Shown here: piece after piece, positions 37,269-50,366 of the stretch
Layout of the letters: the number at the start of each line of letters is the position of its first letter
How positions within the stretch are numbered: the stretch's first letter is position 1
NCBI RefSeq assembly: GCF_001447785.1
Contig: NW_015161407.1
Span: forward strand, 1,456,222 to 1,520,221
From: Gekko japonicus
Taxonomy: Eukaryota
Reading direction: 5' to 3'
Length of the DNA: 64,000 bases
Notes under the pieces: generated by a model
The model's database searches: none
The model's input: the letters and a program-made list of their open reading frames with translations, nothing else
What the model was told of the DNA's origin: nothing
Position numbers and translations under genes: made by a program

Positions 37269-37384
37269 ATGTATCTGATTGCTGCTGTCTGCATCATGAT
37301 GAGTTTTTGGGAAGAAGTGGATAGTTTCTGTCCTTCTCAATGCACTTGCATTTATCACGGCAGAAGCGATGGCACTGGAACAAG
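37269..37384 (+). CDS. LRIT3: LRIT3 exon 1 (signal peptide, LRRNT)
   Basis: Hand translation MYLIAAVCIMMSFWEEVDSFCPSQCTCIYHGRSDGTGT; gtaggt donor. Confidence 0.93.
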
Positions 37385-38698
37385 GTAGGTTGTTTTTCAT
37401 GGGAAATGTTAGGTCATCATCTAGCTGATGAGATTTGAATAGCAAACACTGCAGTGCAAATTGTGGCACTTCATTTAAATAGCAGATTATTACTAAACTG
37501 CATCGATATATCGGGGGAGGTGTTTGTATTTTTGCCGCAGCCTTCTTGTGAACAACATGTGTGGACCAGGGTAGGTTGCCATGAAATCTTAATATATAGT
37601 ATACAGCAGTTAGATATCTGAAATGGCAGGGGAAAGAAATGTGCCCTGCAACACATACCTTTGAACAATGCCAGTGCTTTGAAGCCTAGCATCCATAGGC
37701 AGATGATAGAGAATTTTTTTCATTGCATATTTTTGTTGTACAATTAAACTGTCTAGCCAAGGGCAGCATTCTGCTGAAACCTAGCTGCTGTGTGGCATGG
37801 GGGGATGTTGGTGGCCCTCAGCACCTATTGGCACAATTCTGGGCAGAAAATAAAAAAAAAATGGTGCCAAAAGAATCCCTCTATTGTGCCAATTTTTGAC
37901 ATTTTTTCTGGCTTAGTCATTCAGTAGTGAAGCCTCATTTGACAATGGGAAAAATGAATATATTCTGAACCCTGTGAAAGCAGTTATGTGCACTAACTTT
38001 GCTGTTTTTCCCTTGGAAACACATAACTGGCAGGAGGGAGAGTGACGTAGCACTGAGTTCCCTGCTGTCAACAAATGAATGGGCAGGTTATTCTTCAGTT
38101 TCTGGGTATGGGCCAATTTTTCTAAATTGGTGCCAGGCAAATTTGGGAGGGGGGGTGTTGGTGGGTTTTGTGTCCCCACAACAGCTAGCTGCAGTTGTGA
38201 TATGGACTATTTGCAGAAGCCTATTTCAACTTGTGGGTTTCCCCTCACTGGAGTCAGGCCAAGGACTTATTGTACATTTTATGCTCAGTTAATTGTACCC
38301 AGCTTGTGATGGAAAGCATGGATGGGTACAGTTGAGGTAAAAAAAAAACCCCCACAAAACAGATTTCCCCATTGTCAAAAAGAATGCTTTTAAACTGACA
38401 ATTCAACACTCGAAGTAAAACTTCCCAGCTTCAGGGAAAATAATGAGAACATTGACATTTCCAGAGCATGTGAAAATCGTTGCCCTAGGACTTTGTTGCA
38501 TTCCCCACCCCCACCCCCAGCCAGCTCTAAAGAACTATGAAAGTTTTGGTCTCATTTTTGTGCACTGCGTCTCATCTTTCCAAATGCACTGGCTGGAAAG
38601 AATAAAATGTGAAGTCAAGTCAAAACAGAAGTTTGAAAATCTTCCCTTCAGAAAATGCTTGTAAAGTCATATGCTGTTGTTCCTCAGGTACACACAGC

Positions 38699-38904
38699 CA
38701 GTGTTCCCTCTAAGCTGAGTTAGTGTGAGCTAGCTCACAGTTTCTTAGCCTCCAGCTCACACATTTTTGTCTTATCTCAGGAAGGATGGCTCCAGACCAA
38801 ACTAATTTATGCAGTAGCCAGATCACTTGCTCACAACTTTGATGCCAGTAACTCACAAAGTAGAATTTTTGCTCACAAGAGTCCACAGCTTAGAGGGAGC
38901 ATTG
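38699..38904. mobile_element. hAT MITE of a second family
   Basis: TIR CAGTGTTCCCTCTAAGCTG / CAGCTTAGAGGGAGCATTG; TSD CACACAGC/CACACGGC. Confidence 0.88.
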
Positions 38905-40871
38905 CACACGGCCATAGTTTTTATAGTGGCTCTTGTGTTTGCACAGAACTACTGTTAAGTTCCCCCCCCCCCAATTTCTTGAAATAATCCTATGGTGACC
39001 TCATTAGGATTTCTCTGGAGCAAGTGGGTTGAGACTCGCGGAATTAGTCTTTGTACACGGAACCTGCCATGTGTGCAGCTTCCATGGGAGGCCACTATAG
39101 CCTCCTAACCTTAGAGACCTATGTGGAGGCGGACAGCATAATCCTCAACAATATGTTGAGAAGATAAGATTTAATGCCTAGCTGTTGCTTAAAAGTGTGT
39201 TTTATTGCACTAGCAATAACAGATGTCTGGAGGATCTGGAACGCCCAGAGAAACATTTGTATGAAAATTGGATTTAACTGAGCTGCCTGCTGCCTGTGCT
39301 ATTGAATTCCATGCTGGAACAGCAATCTCAGAACAGAGTGATAAAGGAAAGTAACAAGCAGATAATGTAGGCTGTGAGTCATGTAGAATGACTTGCTCGG
39401 TTATATGTTTTTTTAATTCTGCCATTCCTCCAAGGAATTTAGGATGGCACATAAGGTTCCTCTATTTTGTCCTCACAGTTCCTAGTCTGGCTCTATCCAC
39501 TATACCACACTGTCTCTCTGGGTTCTTTTTCATATATCTATAGTCTGTTTTCACAGGAGACCCATGTTATTCTTTTGCTGGAAAACAAAAAAAGGAGTCC
39601 CATTAGCATGATAAAGGTGAATTCTTGCTTGTGGCATTTGGTAGGCTGAGTCCACACGAACGTTTATTTATGTTATTTATAGCCCGTCTTTCTCACTTGG
39701 ACTCAAGGCGGATTACACAGAATGAGTGAATACAATCAGCAATATGGGACAGTCAATAAATAATGAATTAGGATCTGAGTTGTAGAACCAACCAGAAGTC
39801 TAAAAAATAGAACGGCAGCAAATCATAGGTGTTAACATGACACAAATGATGCAAAGTTTCATAATATGACCCAGTTTACAGCAAACTGCACATGGTAGTA
39901 TAGACCACAGTCTCTAATAATTTATCCAAGTAACTTTGTGAAGTATTTTGTACAGTGCTACCATATTCGCTGTGTAGAAAAGCCCTCTTGAATAATTCTG
40001 TTCTGCATAACAACGTTTGAGTCCAGGGGCACCTTTAAGACCAGCAAAGTTTTATTAGAAGTATAAACGTCTGTGTACATGCACACTTCTTCAGATACAA
40101 TGAAATGGGAATTACCAGTCCATACAAATAGGTAGAGGGTGAGCAGGAAATTAGCATACAGCATATTGAAGATGTTTAACAGATTCAAGGAACAAACAGG
40201 AATAACAAGCATAGTTTATACAGTTACCATTTGTTTGGGTTTAATTTGGGGAGAAACATAGTGAAGGAAATAAGTATGTCAGAATTGGAGATTGATGGGA
40301 AGAAGTATCCTTAATTCTGGAATACTGAGAGTAATTAACCAAGACCCTGCCATTACACTCCATCCATCTCCTCTCAAGCATGGAAGTGAGGTAACCTTAC
40401 AGCATCTTCTTTGAAGTGGGGCCATTGGCTGTGTAGTTATCTCCCCTGTCCCCAGATCAGAGAAATACATTCCACTCCACCATTCCAAATTACATTACAT
40501 TCTACTATTCATTACATTACAATAGTTCTGCATTGTTCGTGGAAATCCAGGAGAGTGGGAGCCTTCCTAACCTCCTCAGACAGGCCATTCTACAAGGTAG
40601 GGGCCACAACGGAGAAGGCATGTGTACAGGCAGTAGCCAATTTTGCCCATTTGTAGGTTGGCACCTGCAGCATGCAATAGCCAACCAATTACTCTAGAGG
40701 GCCAACAACAGGGTGTAAAGAACAAGGCTTTCCTATTAATATTGCCTTCTAGTGCTACATATGTAAGTGCCATTAAGTCACAACTGATTTATGGGGACCC
40801 CAGCAAGGGGCATTCAAAGCAAGGGAGGGGCAGGGTAAAAGTGAAACAAACAAACAAATAAATAAATGAAG

Positions 40872-40980
40872 GTATGCCATTGCCTTCCTTTTCAGAGCCT
40901 TCCTTGGTGGTTTTCCATCGAAAGTTCTAGCTCTGCTTAGCTTCTGAGATCTGTTGAGATCAACCTATATCACACTGCTT
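40872..40980 (-). mobile_element. Degenerate 5S-derived SINE
   Basis: Similar to 1830-1935 (GATCTCAGAAGCTAAGCAG...GAAGGCAATGGCA on the minus strand). Confidence 0.6.
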
Positions 40981-40999
40981 TCCCTATCATCCAGAGGTT

Positions 41000-41390
41000 T
41001 ATTACCTCTGAGTGTAGAGGTTCCTTTTACTCACCATGGCTAGTAGCCACTGATAGACCTGTTCTCCATGAATCTGTCTAATCCCCTTTTAAAGCCATCT
41101 ATGCTTGTAGCTATCATTATATCCTTTGGCATTGAATTCCACATTTTAATAACTTATTGGGTAAAGAATATTTCCTTTTGGTCAACCTGAATCTATTGCT
41201 CATCGACTTTGTTTGCCCATCGACCAAATTCTAGTATTTTGGGAGAGGGAGAAAAGCTCCCTCTAGCTACTTTCTCTACCCCATGTGTAATTTTATAAAC
41301 TTATGCCATAGCTCCTCTCATCAGTCTTTTTTCTAAATTAAAAACCACTAATCATCTTGGTGATCCTCCTCTGCACATTTTCCCAGCAGA
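41000..41390 (-). mobile_element. CR1 3' fragment
   Basis: Reverse complement resembles the CR1 ORF2 end and 3' UTR at 7150-7470. Confidence 0.75.
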
Positions 41391-42772
41391 TAATTAAGAT
41401 TTACTTTAATGGAAATAAGCAACATTCTTTAAAATCAAGCAGGTTCTGGAGAGGGAGCATAAATTTTTTAGAAATAAATGAATGGATGGCCTGTGGCCAC
41501 CCTTCTATAATGAATAAAAACAGGCTCTGTCACACTTAGGGTTGCCAGCTCCAGGTTGGGAAATATCTGGAGATTTGGGGGGCATAGCCTGAGGGGGGTG
41601 GGGTTTGGGGAGGGGAGGGACTTCAGTGGGGGTGTAATGCCATAGAGTCCACCTTCCAAAGCAGCCATTTTCTCCAGGTGAATCAGAGACCAGATTTAAT
41701 CCCAGATTTCCAGTCACCACCTGGAGGTTGGCAACCATAAACTAATTCTATGTGCCCGAATGTGTTCATAAGGAGAAACATACAGAGAAGTAGTAGCTTC
41801 TAAGAATGCTGAGCTGTATTTTGTTCCTTATATTCATACAGCATGGAGCTTATGTTTGTTATTTCTTGTAATAAACTGGGCCTTGGTTATACAGGAATTA
41901 CTAGCAAGGCTTTTGTGCCACAGATATTAGTGTACTGGCCACCAAATCTTATTCTTGACCATGAAGGTTCCCCTATAAGTGCTGGGAGATAGGTGGGTAG
42001 GAATTTGGGATTCCCAGCTCTCTGGTTCTATGACAATGAAAACTGATTCCATAGTCACTATATTACAATGAAGAATGAATCTGCCTTCTAGTTCTAAAAC
42101 AAGTATATACTCACTTTGTATTTCACATTCCACTTATGAAGAAAAGCGTTTATTTTTCTCATTATGTGCATTTCTTCAAAATATCAACTTCCTTATTTGG
42201 GAGGTAGTCATAGAGAGGCAAGTCATTCTTCTAAGATGCCTGGCCAATTATATCCCTATGCCTACTTCATTTTTGGAGTTCTCGTTTCATCCTTTGAAGA
42301 TGTCTTTTGCTAATTCAGTGTCTTTAATCCTGAGGCAATGCTAGCACTGTTCTTTAAGTAAGCAAAGTCACTGAGTGGCCAAAGAAACACATAAATCAAC
42401 CAAAGCCACATTTCAAAGTCTATATGTAGGGGACATACATACACAGTTGTTGTAACTTGTTTACAGTTTGTGACACAGGACCTTCTTGAGACAAAGACTT
42501 TTAAACTGGCTTCTCTCTTCAGCAGTGAAAACTGTTAAGAATGGCAAACAATGTTGTGCAGCAAGGTGTGGTTCCCTTGCACCAAGTCTTTACTGCTAAG
42601 TTGTTCAACAGATTCAACATCATTACAGCCCCAGCCTTCTAGTTTCTAAAGGGTTTGTTTAAGACAGACTGCAATATAAAGGGCCAAACGTTGCTTACCA
42701 GCCTTTATTAGTGGAGACTGACACAGTGGGCAAAACCAGCAGAGTAACAGTTCTCTCTTTGTTTGCTATTAG

Positions 42773-43248
42773 GTCTGTGCTGTGTAATGATCCTGATATG
42801 TTTGAGATCCCTGTAAATGTTCCTGTGGACACCGTAAAACTACGCATAGAAAAGACAGTGATACGAAAGATTCCAACAGAAGCCTTTTACTACTTGGTGG
42901 ATCTGAAATACTTGTGGCTCACCTATAACAGTTTGGCTAGCATTGACACCAGCAGCTTTTATAATTTAAAGCAGTTGCATGAGTTGCGTCTTGATGGGAA
43001 TTTGCTGTCAAGTTTCCCTTGGGAATCTTTGGCCGAAATGCCCAATTTACGAACTCTTGATTTGCACAACAATAAAGTGACTAGCATTCCGGCTGAGGCC
43101 GGAAGATATCTGAGAAACCTCACTTACCTAGACGTATCCAGCAACAAATTAACCACCTTGCCATCAGACCTCATGGATATTTGGCCTCCTTTTTCTGAAG
43201 CAGCATCACCAAGATACATCGATTCAACCAGCCAGAGGGTCATATTAG
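42773..43248 (+). CDS. LRIT3: LRIT3 exon 2 (leucine-rich repeats)
   Basis: SVLCNDPDMFEIPVNVPVDTVKLRIEKT...LRTLDLHNNK...LTYLDVSSNKLTTLPSD...RVIL; attag acceptor, gtaagc donor. Confidence 0.97.
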
Positions 43249-43413
43249 GTAAGCCTGTAAAACTTTGGATTTCTTCCTTTGAATTTTGCCAGCTAATGAG
43301 TCTCTTGGGAAATCCTGGGCCTATGGGATGACTGCCCACTTTCTTCCGCTGTTGAAAAAGAGTGCTGGCCATATTGTTATATTTGCCCAGTTGGGTTGGA
43401 TCCTACTGCTCTG

Positions 43414-43703
43414 TAGGGTTGCCAAGTGTACTCGGAGCGGGGGAGCGTTGCCGGGCTCCGGGAGCTCGCGGTGAGCGTGTGAGCGCGTGTGTGAAGCGTG
43501 TGCACACTGGCAGCACGTCACATGAAGTGACGTGCTACGTGCTCACATTGGGGGCGTGGCCCAGATCGTCGGGGGGAAAACCAAGCTGCTGGTGACGCAG
43601 ATTCGGGGGCGGAGTTCCCCCCGGGGCCCAATTCCGCCGCGGCGGAAATCGGGCCTCCAAAGCGGGGGGATTCCCTGCCCCCCGGGCCCATTTGGCAACC
43701 CTA
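43414..43703. mobile_element. Young CpG-rich hAT MITE
   Basis: Perfect TAGGGTTGCCAA/TTGGCAACCCTA TIRs and perfect TSD CTGCTCTG. Confidence 0.93.
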
Positions 43704-43856
43704 CTGCTCTGCCAGCACTCTACTGAACCACCAGCCTGAGTTTGAAGGCTTCCTCTAGTCTAAGGAGACTTTCTCCATCTTAAGTGGTTCTTTGGTTGGA
43801 AAAAGTACTACATAAGTTGGGAAAAGGGTCCTTAGAGGATGGGTGGATCCGCCCCT

Positions 43857-43945
43857 GTTGTTGTTGTTGTTGTTGATTATTTTTGTTGTTGTTCAGTCGC
43901 ACAGTCGAGTCCGACTCTTCGCGACCTCATGGACCAGATCACGCA
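43857..43945 (-). mobile_element. RTE/BovB-type 3' end with (CAA)n tail
   Basis: (GTT)n then CAGTCGCACAGTCGAGTCCGACTCTTCGCGACCTCATGGAC on the plus strand. Confidence 0.75.
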
Positions 43946-44837
43946 GTTACCATTGATGATGATACATTAATAATAATAATTTATTTAGTACATCTTTATT
44001 GTGCTCTTGCTCTAAGGATGGCACTTATCTCAGAATAACATATATTATTCACTTTTTTATCCTTGCAACAGTTGGATGTGGAGGTTAGGCTGAGTTCTTG
44101 ACCAAAGGTCACCCAGTGAACTTCATGGTAGAATGGGGATTTGAACTTGTAGTCCCATAGAGCCTGGCCTGAACCTCTAACCACTATACCACACTGGCTC
44201 TCAGTCTTCTTCTCATGCAAACTGGGTATCTTAACCCTAGACTGTAAGCATAAACCATGTAGTTGAAGAGGTTTTGTATATCATTGTTCTATAATGGTCT
44301 GTGGTGGACCCCATGATTCCTACAGTTCATTTTAATTATTTCATTAATACCCTGCCTTGGTCCTCAAGAGGGACCCAAAGAGGCTTTCATCCTTCTCCTC
44401 TCCTCCATTTTATCCTCACAACAAGCCTCTGAGGTAGGTTAAGTGGAGAGTGTGTGACTGGCCCAAGGGAATTTGAACCAGGGTCTCTGAGATCCTGGTC
44501 TCTAGCCACTCTAAGCACTGCGCCACAAAAATGAAAAATCAATAGAGGGCACTGTTCTTTTAGAATCTGAACTGAACAACAATTTTGTCTGTATCCCATG
44601 TTTAGAGGACTTTAAATGTTTTCTGTTCAGTGGCAGCGTGATTATTCTCTCCAACTGCCTTCTCATAATTCACTTATTTTGCTTATTTGGACCCTTTCAA
44701 CTGAACCCAGCAAATAATGATTTCCCCATCACCGCTGCTAATAAGGAATCAATATTAAGTGCAATCCTTGCAAATTTATGTGTCTTTGCATACACCTTTA
44801 GAAATGTTCTTTCCTAGAAAGTTCATTCCCCTGGTAA

Positions 44838-45280
44838 GGGGAGCGGTGGCACAGTAGGTATATCCCACTGTCTTAACATCCGAACTGTGTCAGTTCGAGC
44901 CCCGCGCTGGTGTGAGCAGCCAACCTGTCGTCCCCAGCTCATCGTCCACCCAGCGATTCGAAAGCCTCGGCGAGTGGATAAAAGGGGACCCGGAAGGCGG
45001 AAGAATCTACTCAGCTAAGAAAAATCCCTGCAGTGGGATGCTCCGGCCAGGCGGTGGCAGTGTGGCGATGCAGCTGTTCGGAACATGACTGAGTCAAGCC
45101 AGAAACGTTTCCACCGGGCAGTACGGCGTGTGCAACTTAAATGAATTATATGTTGTCTTCCCTATCCCCTATGAAAAACATTGTTAGTCCCCTGTCTAAA
45201 GAGTAACTGTAAATCACTTTGAGCCCACTTGTGGGGAAAGCGATTAATAAATCAAAAGCATTATTATTATTATTTATTAT
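44838..45280 (+). mobile_element. tRNA-derived SINE with Sauria-like 5' part and L2-like 3' tail
   Basis: A box TGGCACAGTAGG, B box GTTCGAGCC, Sauria-like segment 44930-44990, L2-like end from 45208, (ATT)n tail. Confidence 0.7.
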
Positions 45281-45684
45281 TCATTTCTACTTCTCCAATA
45301 AAGATCAACAGCAGTTTGGGAAGTAGCCAATTTCCCATGCAGTATTTCAGACCCAGAAGGTAATGTCGCACACATTCCCCTGTTAAGACCCCAATTATTC
45401 ACTTAACTGGGAACACAACAACCCCACCGTGCTCTTCTACTGCTGGTAGGCTTTTCAGAAAGGGTGGAAGAATCTGTAGATTTGTTGATAGGCGAAGACT
45501 TCTCATGTCGTTCTCCCTCCTTCTGAGACCCTCTTGAAAAGTGTCCCCTGGTAAGAAGACTACTCACTGAGCAGGGGACATGGAAACTGGCTCCATTGCT
45601 CTATATCATGCCCCACCCTGACCATGAACATATAAACAAGGCTTCATATAAACAAGGCTTCATCTTATTTACTTTCCAAACCAT

Positions 45685-45968
45685 TGAAGAAGAAGAAGAA
45701 GAGATTGGATTTATATCCCACCCTTCACTACCCAAAGGTGTCTCAGAGCGGCTTACAAACTCCTTTCCCTTCCCCTCCCCACAACAGATACCCTGTGAGG
45801 TAGGTGGGGCTGAGAGAACTCTTGACAGAAACTGTTCTTTTTCAAGAACAGCTGTGCCAGAGTTATGGCTTGCCCAAGATCATCCAGCCAGGTGCAAGTG
45901 GAGGAGTGGGGAATCAAACCCATTTCTCCCAGATTAGAGTCCGCGCACTTAACCACTACACCAAACTT
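45685..45968 (-). mobile_element. Squam3/MIR(Ther1)-like SINE with (CTT)n tail
   Basis: Minus-strand head AGTTTGGTGTAGTGGTTAAG...GGGTTTGATTCCCC, core CCTACCTCACAGGG, L2-type tail; shorter relatives near 11700-11830, 24290-24430, 24890-25010, 44045-44200, 44330-44525. Confidence 0.85.
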
Positions 45969-46874
45969 GCTGTGGAAACATTTTATTTATTTCCTTACTA
46001 TATTTATAGTTTGTCTTTATCATTAAGACTCAAGGCAGGTTACAGAGTAAAAGCAATGTGCTCATACAGCGCAAAATGTCCAATGAACAATGCTATAGTA
46101 CAAAATTTCTAAAACAACCTGAGCAACAAACTGCCTAAGGCCAGGTATACAATAAGCAGCACGGCAAGTGAGATTACAAAGGTAGAGAACAATGCAGAAT
46201 AATACCTAGAATAACAATTGCAATATATGTAATCCTATTCCATTATAATGGCAGCCTCCTGAACTGTTCCATTCTGCTACAATTCTAATCTCTTCTTTAA
46301 AATGCCCTCCTGAACATTACTGTTTTGCACAGGCTGTGGGTGATAGAGGTGTGGGAACCTTCCTGACCTTGTTCTGTACAGTGGGAGCTACCGCAGAGAA
46401 TGTGTGAGAATGGGCAGTTGCCAATCATACCCATTGGTAGGGTGGCAGCTTCAGTTGGCAATGCTGAGATGAGTGAAGACATTATAGGTATGTTTTGTCT
46501 TTATCTTCTTCTGTTGTAATTGCTGCATGTGTCAAGTGGACAGTGACATATGCTAAAGATGGATACATGCTGGAAGAAAAGTTATTTTTAGACTCTTCAG
46601 CACAAGCTCCTCAGAATGTTACCAGGTCAGAAAATAGAGCACGAGGATGATTAGTAGCAGGCTGCTAAAAAATGTCCGCACAGCATACTCCTCCTGGGTA
46701 ATAAACACAGATTCTGATAGGATACCAGTTACTGGGCAAATGTTTGCATCCTATCCCAATCAAGTTGTTTCTGACAAGTTGGATCCTAAAAGATGAAAAC
46801 ATTCTGCTGCTGTACTCTTAAGTGCATAGTGGAAGTGCTGGCAAGACTACAAGTGTACTATTTTTCTATTCAAG

Positions 46875-47180
46875 GTTTGCAGGACAACCCATGGTATTGT
46901 GACTGCCGGATTTCAAAGCTCATTGAATTTTCCAAAATTGTGGATACCACAGTCGTGCTTTTGGATCCTTTTGTGGCTTGTAGTGGACCTGAGAGCCTGG
47001 CTGGAATCTTGTTTCAAAGAGCAGAGCTGGAACAGTGTTTAAAACCATCAGTAATGACTTCAGCAACAAAGATTACCTCACCTCTGGGAAGCAATGTTCT
47101 GCTACGCTGTGATGCAACAGGATATCCCACTCCTCAACTTACCTGGGTTAGATCAGACAACATACAAGTAAACTATACAG
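46875..47180 (+). CDS. LRIT3: LRIT3 exon 3 (LRRCT, start of Ig domain)
   Basis: LQDNPWYCDCRISKLIEFSK...CSGPESLAG...LLRCDATGYPTPQLTW. Confidence 0.97.
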
Positions 47181-47318
47181 GTATTTAGCCATTCTTAAGG
47201 GGAGAAATGTGGGTGGACAGAAGTGGGGCTCTACTTCATGTTTAGAGACGAACTGTTGAATACTCCAACCAGCAACGGAAAACCCTTAATGCCATGCACT
47301 CTTGCCAGAGATGTTCTA

Positions 47319-47644
47319 AAGGTTTCCCTTGCTTGAAAGCTAGTTGAATGTGACTCTAGGGGGTGGTGCTTATCTCCATTTCCAAGCCGAAGAGCCAGCA
47401 CAGTCCAAAAGACATTTCCGTGGTCATGTGGCTAGCATGACTAAACGCATGGAATGCTGTTACCTTCCCACTGAAGTGGTACCTATTTATCTACTTGCGA
47501 TTTCTTGCTTTCGAACTGCTAGGATGGCAGGAGCTGGGACCAGAGAGGGGAGCTCACTCCGTCATGCGGCACTCGGGTCTCGAACTGCTGAGCTACAGAC
47601 TTTCTGGTCTGCCGCTTAAGTGTCTTAACCTCTGAGCCACCGTG
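47319..47644 (-). mobile_element. Sauria-type SINE
   Basis: Reverse complement of the 26122 element; 15-bp TSD GCCAGAGATGTTCTA. Confidence 0.9.
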
Positions 47645-49299
47645 GCCAGAGATGTTCTAGGTTTAGTCCAAATTTTATGAAAACAGATTTATCTATCTGT
47701 TATATTTTCATCCACCACACAAAGTAGTTTTGAAATGGAGGGAACTTTCAGAAGACGGTTGGGATAGGGTCTGGGTGGGTAAGTAGTCCTATTGTCCAAA
47801 GTAAACTAGTAAAAAATCCTATATAGTGTACTGTGGCAAGCTTTATAGTTCACTGAATCCTGGCATTTGAATATCAGTAATTGCTGTGGTTCGCAGATAT
47901 TTCTAAACTTTTTAATTTTTTTAAAAAAATTATTCGGTAAAGTTTCTAAGTTTATCACTACTGCAGCCACCCCATTAAGGATATATTAATTAATTTATAT
48001 GAATTACAAATTATCACTGTAAATAGTATCCTAGAAGAGATATTCCATTTGGGGAGTAAGAGAAGAGCCAATATCTCTTCTAGGATGGCACCCTCCACAG
48101 GCTTCTTTTGCAAAAGGACTTGTATTTAATATGTAACTTAAAAATATTATCCCCCAATTAATTGAATATTCTTCCCTTTTTAATCAAGTTAACCAATTAA
48201 TTGACTAAATGTTGCAGTTCAATTTATTCTAACGACTGTCATAACAATAAAAAATATTCCAAGCAAGTATACCTCCATACAGTACTTTCCTTTGGAATTT
48301 GTAACATATTAGTAACCTGGAAGGATCTCTGGAACAGCGTGATCACTACCCTTCCATGTTTAAAGTAGGCCAAACTAGCCTGTGTTGAGTAAGAATTACA
48401 CCTAAGTGACAAGTAGGCTGGCTTACCATTCCCCAGGTGGGGGTGGGGAATCCCCTGCTTTCACGGGCTCCTGCCCTTTGGCGTCCAGCTGGCTGGTGGG
48501 AGGAAATCCCCCCTCAACATGATTTCATATGTGATGCGCTGATGTCACCCAGAAGTGATGTCAGCACGTTGGTAACATGGGGGGGGTGACACTCTGATTT
48601 TGGGGCAAAACTCTGTGGTTTGAGGGTGATTTTACTATAGAGTTTTGCTCAAAAATCAGAGTGGTGAGTCTGGTAGCTGTGTCAGGGAGCCTTGTTGAAT
48701 TTCTGGCCGGCTGTGACTTTTGCCCTGTATAATTCTGCCCCATTTTTGTAACTTTTCTCCTATTTACTTACTTGCTATAACATTAGCTTAATAAACCAGT
48801 TCTTGTTCACTTTGCTTGGTTTCCTTATGCCACAAATTTGGCCATGCATCAGGACAAGCCCTGACTAAAGAGGGGGTTGCTTGGGGGCCAGAGAGGGTGC
48901 TCTGGGCCCTCTCCAACAAAGCCCTAGAACCAGCGTGGTGGCAGATAGTAAAGGCCCTCAGCCTGCTGCAGGCCTGAAGGGAGCAGAGGGCAAATAGGAT
49001 GTGTATGGGGAGGGATAGTTCTGTGGAAGGGCTGTCCTGCCTGCCGCAACCCACATGGCCCCGCATCATCCTGTGACAGTTTATAAATTAGAGTTGATTC
49101 TAAACCTATCACTTTCTCTCTACTGAATGGAGAGGGGTGTGCCAAAGCCATAGTTTGCTTAGGGTGCCCAAAACCCTTGGGTCAGCCCTGCCTAAGAAAG
49201 AGATGCCTGCCGTTTGATATATTTGTTCAGAGTGCAAGATATATGGTTCCTTTTTTGTGTTCAGTTAATCATTCTGTCATGCATTTCTTTCTTTTCCAG

Positions 49300-50366
49300 T
49301 TATTCAAGAAAGTCCAGGAGAAGGTGTTCGGTGGTCCATTATTAGTCTGACCGGCATTTCTTACAGGGATGCTGGTGACTACAGGTGTAAGGCCAAGAAT
49401 TTAGCTGGACAGTCGGAAGCTTCTGTTACAGTCACCGTTGTTGGTGTTGTCACCACAACACTGTCTCCACAAAAGTATGGGAAGAAGACTGAGGCAGAGC
49501 CTCAAAACACAACAGAGGAAGATATCAAACTAGAATCCTTAAACACAACCACCTTTCCTCCTACAACATCGACTCTTCCCGCAACGACAACAGCAATGGC
49601 TACAACTGAAGGCCTTACCACAGAAAGCGCCACTGTCAAAAAACAGGCCAAGTCTATCCCTGATGGAAGAAAGAATTCCAAGGCAACTGGAATCAATGGA
49701 AACAACAAGCAGGCGGATGGTGTTGATAAGAAAGAGGAGGGTGCAGGAACAGCCACTGAGCAAACAGTTGCAGTAAAAAACCTAAGAGTGATCCCTGAAA
49801 CGGATGAAAGAGTAACCTTAACGTGGAAAACTGTCAATGCCACGAGCAGCTCTGCTCTGACTGTATTATACTCCAAGTATGGGGAGAAAGACATGCTGCC
49901 ACTGAGCATAGATCCCAGCAAAAACAAAATCACAATCGATGGCCTGGAGCCCAGCATACAATATATGGCCTGTGTCTGCCCCAAAGGGATTCCACCCACA
50001 AAAGACCAATGCATCGTTTTCTCCACTAATGGAACTGGTCTTGAAGAGGAGTCTCAGATTTCCATTTTGCTGGTGGCTGGTGGTGTGGCCTGTGTGATTA
50101 TTTTACCGTTGATATTTTTCTTACTATATAAAGTCTTAAAGCTTCACAGGAAGCCAAAATCCACTAGGGAAGCTGACCTTGCTAAAGAGACCTATGTCAA
50201 ATTTGAAACCCTTTCCCTTAAACCGCGGTCTGTGGGTGCAGGTGGAGAACTCTGGGCTCGGAGGAACACTGGGGAGTCAGAAAGGCTCCTTCTTTGCTCT
50301 CGGTCAAGTATGGACTCTCAGATGACCTTCAAAAGTGATGGTTCAAGGTCAGAGTACTTCTGCTGA
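49300..50366 (+). CDS. LRIT3: LRIT3 exon 4 (Ig end, Thr-rich stalk, FN3, transmembrane helix, tail)
   Basis: IQESPGEGVRWSIISLTGISYRDAGDYRCKAKNLAG, in frame with ORF 49596..50366 ending FKSDGSRSEYFC*; total CDS 1965 nt. Confidence 0.96.

Noticed and set aside
49502-50026. 174-aa antisense ORF
   Set aside because: Shadow of LRIT3 exon 4
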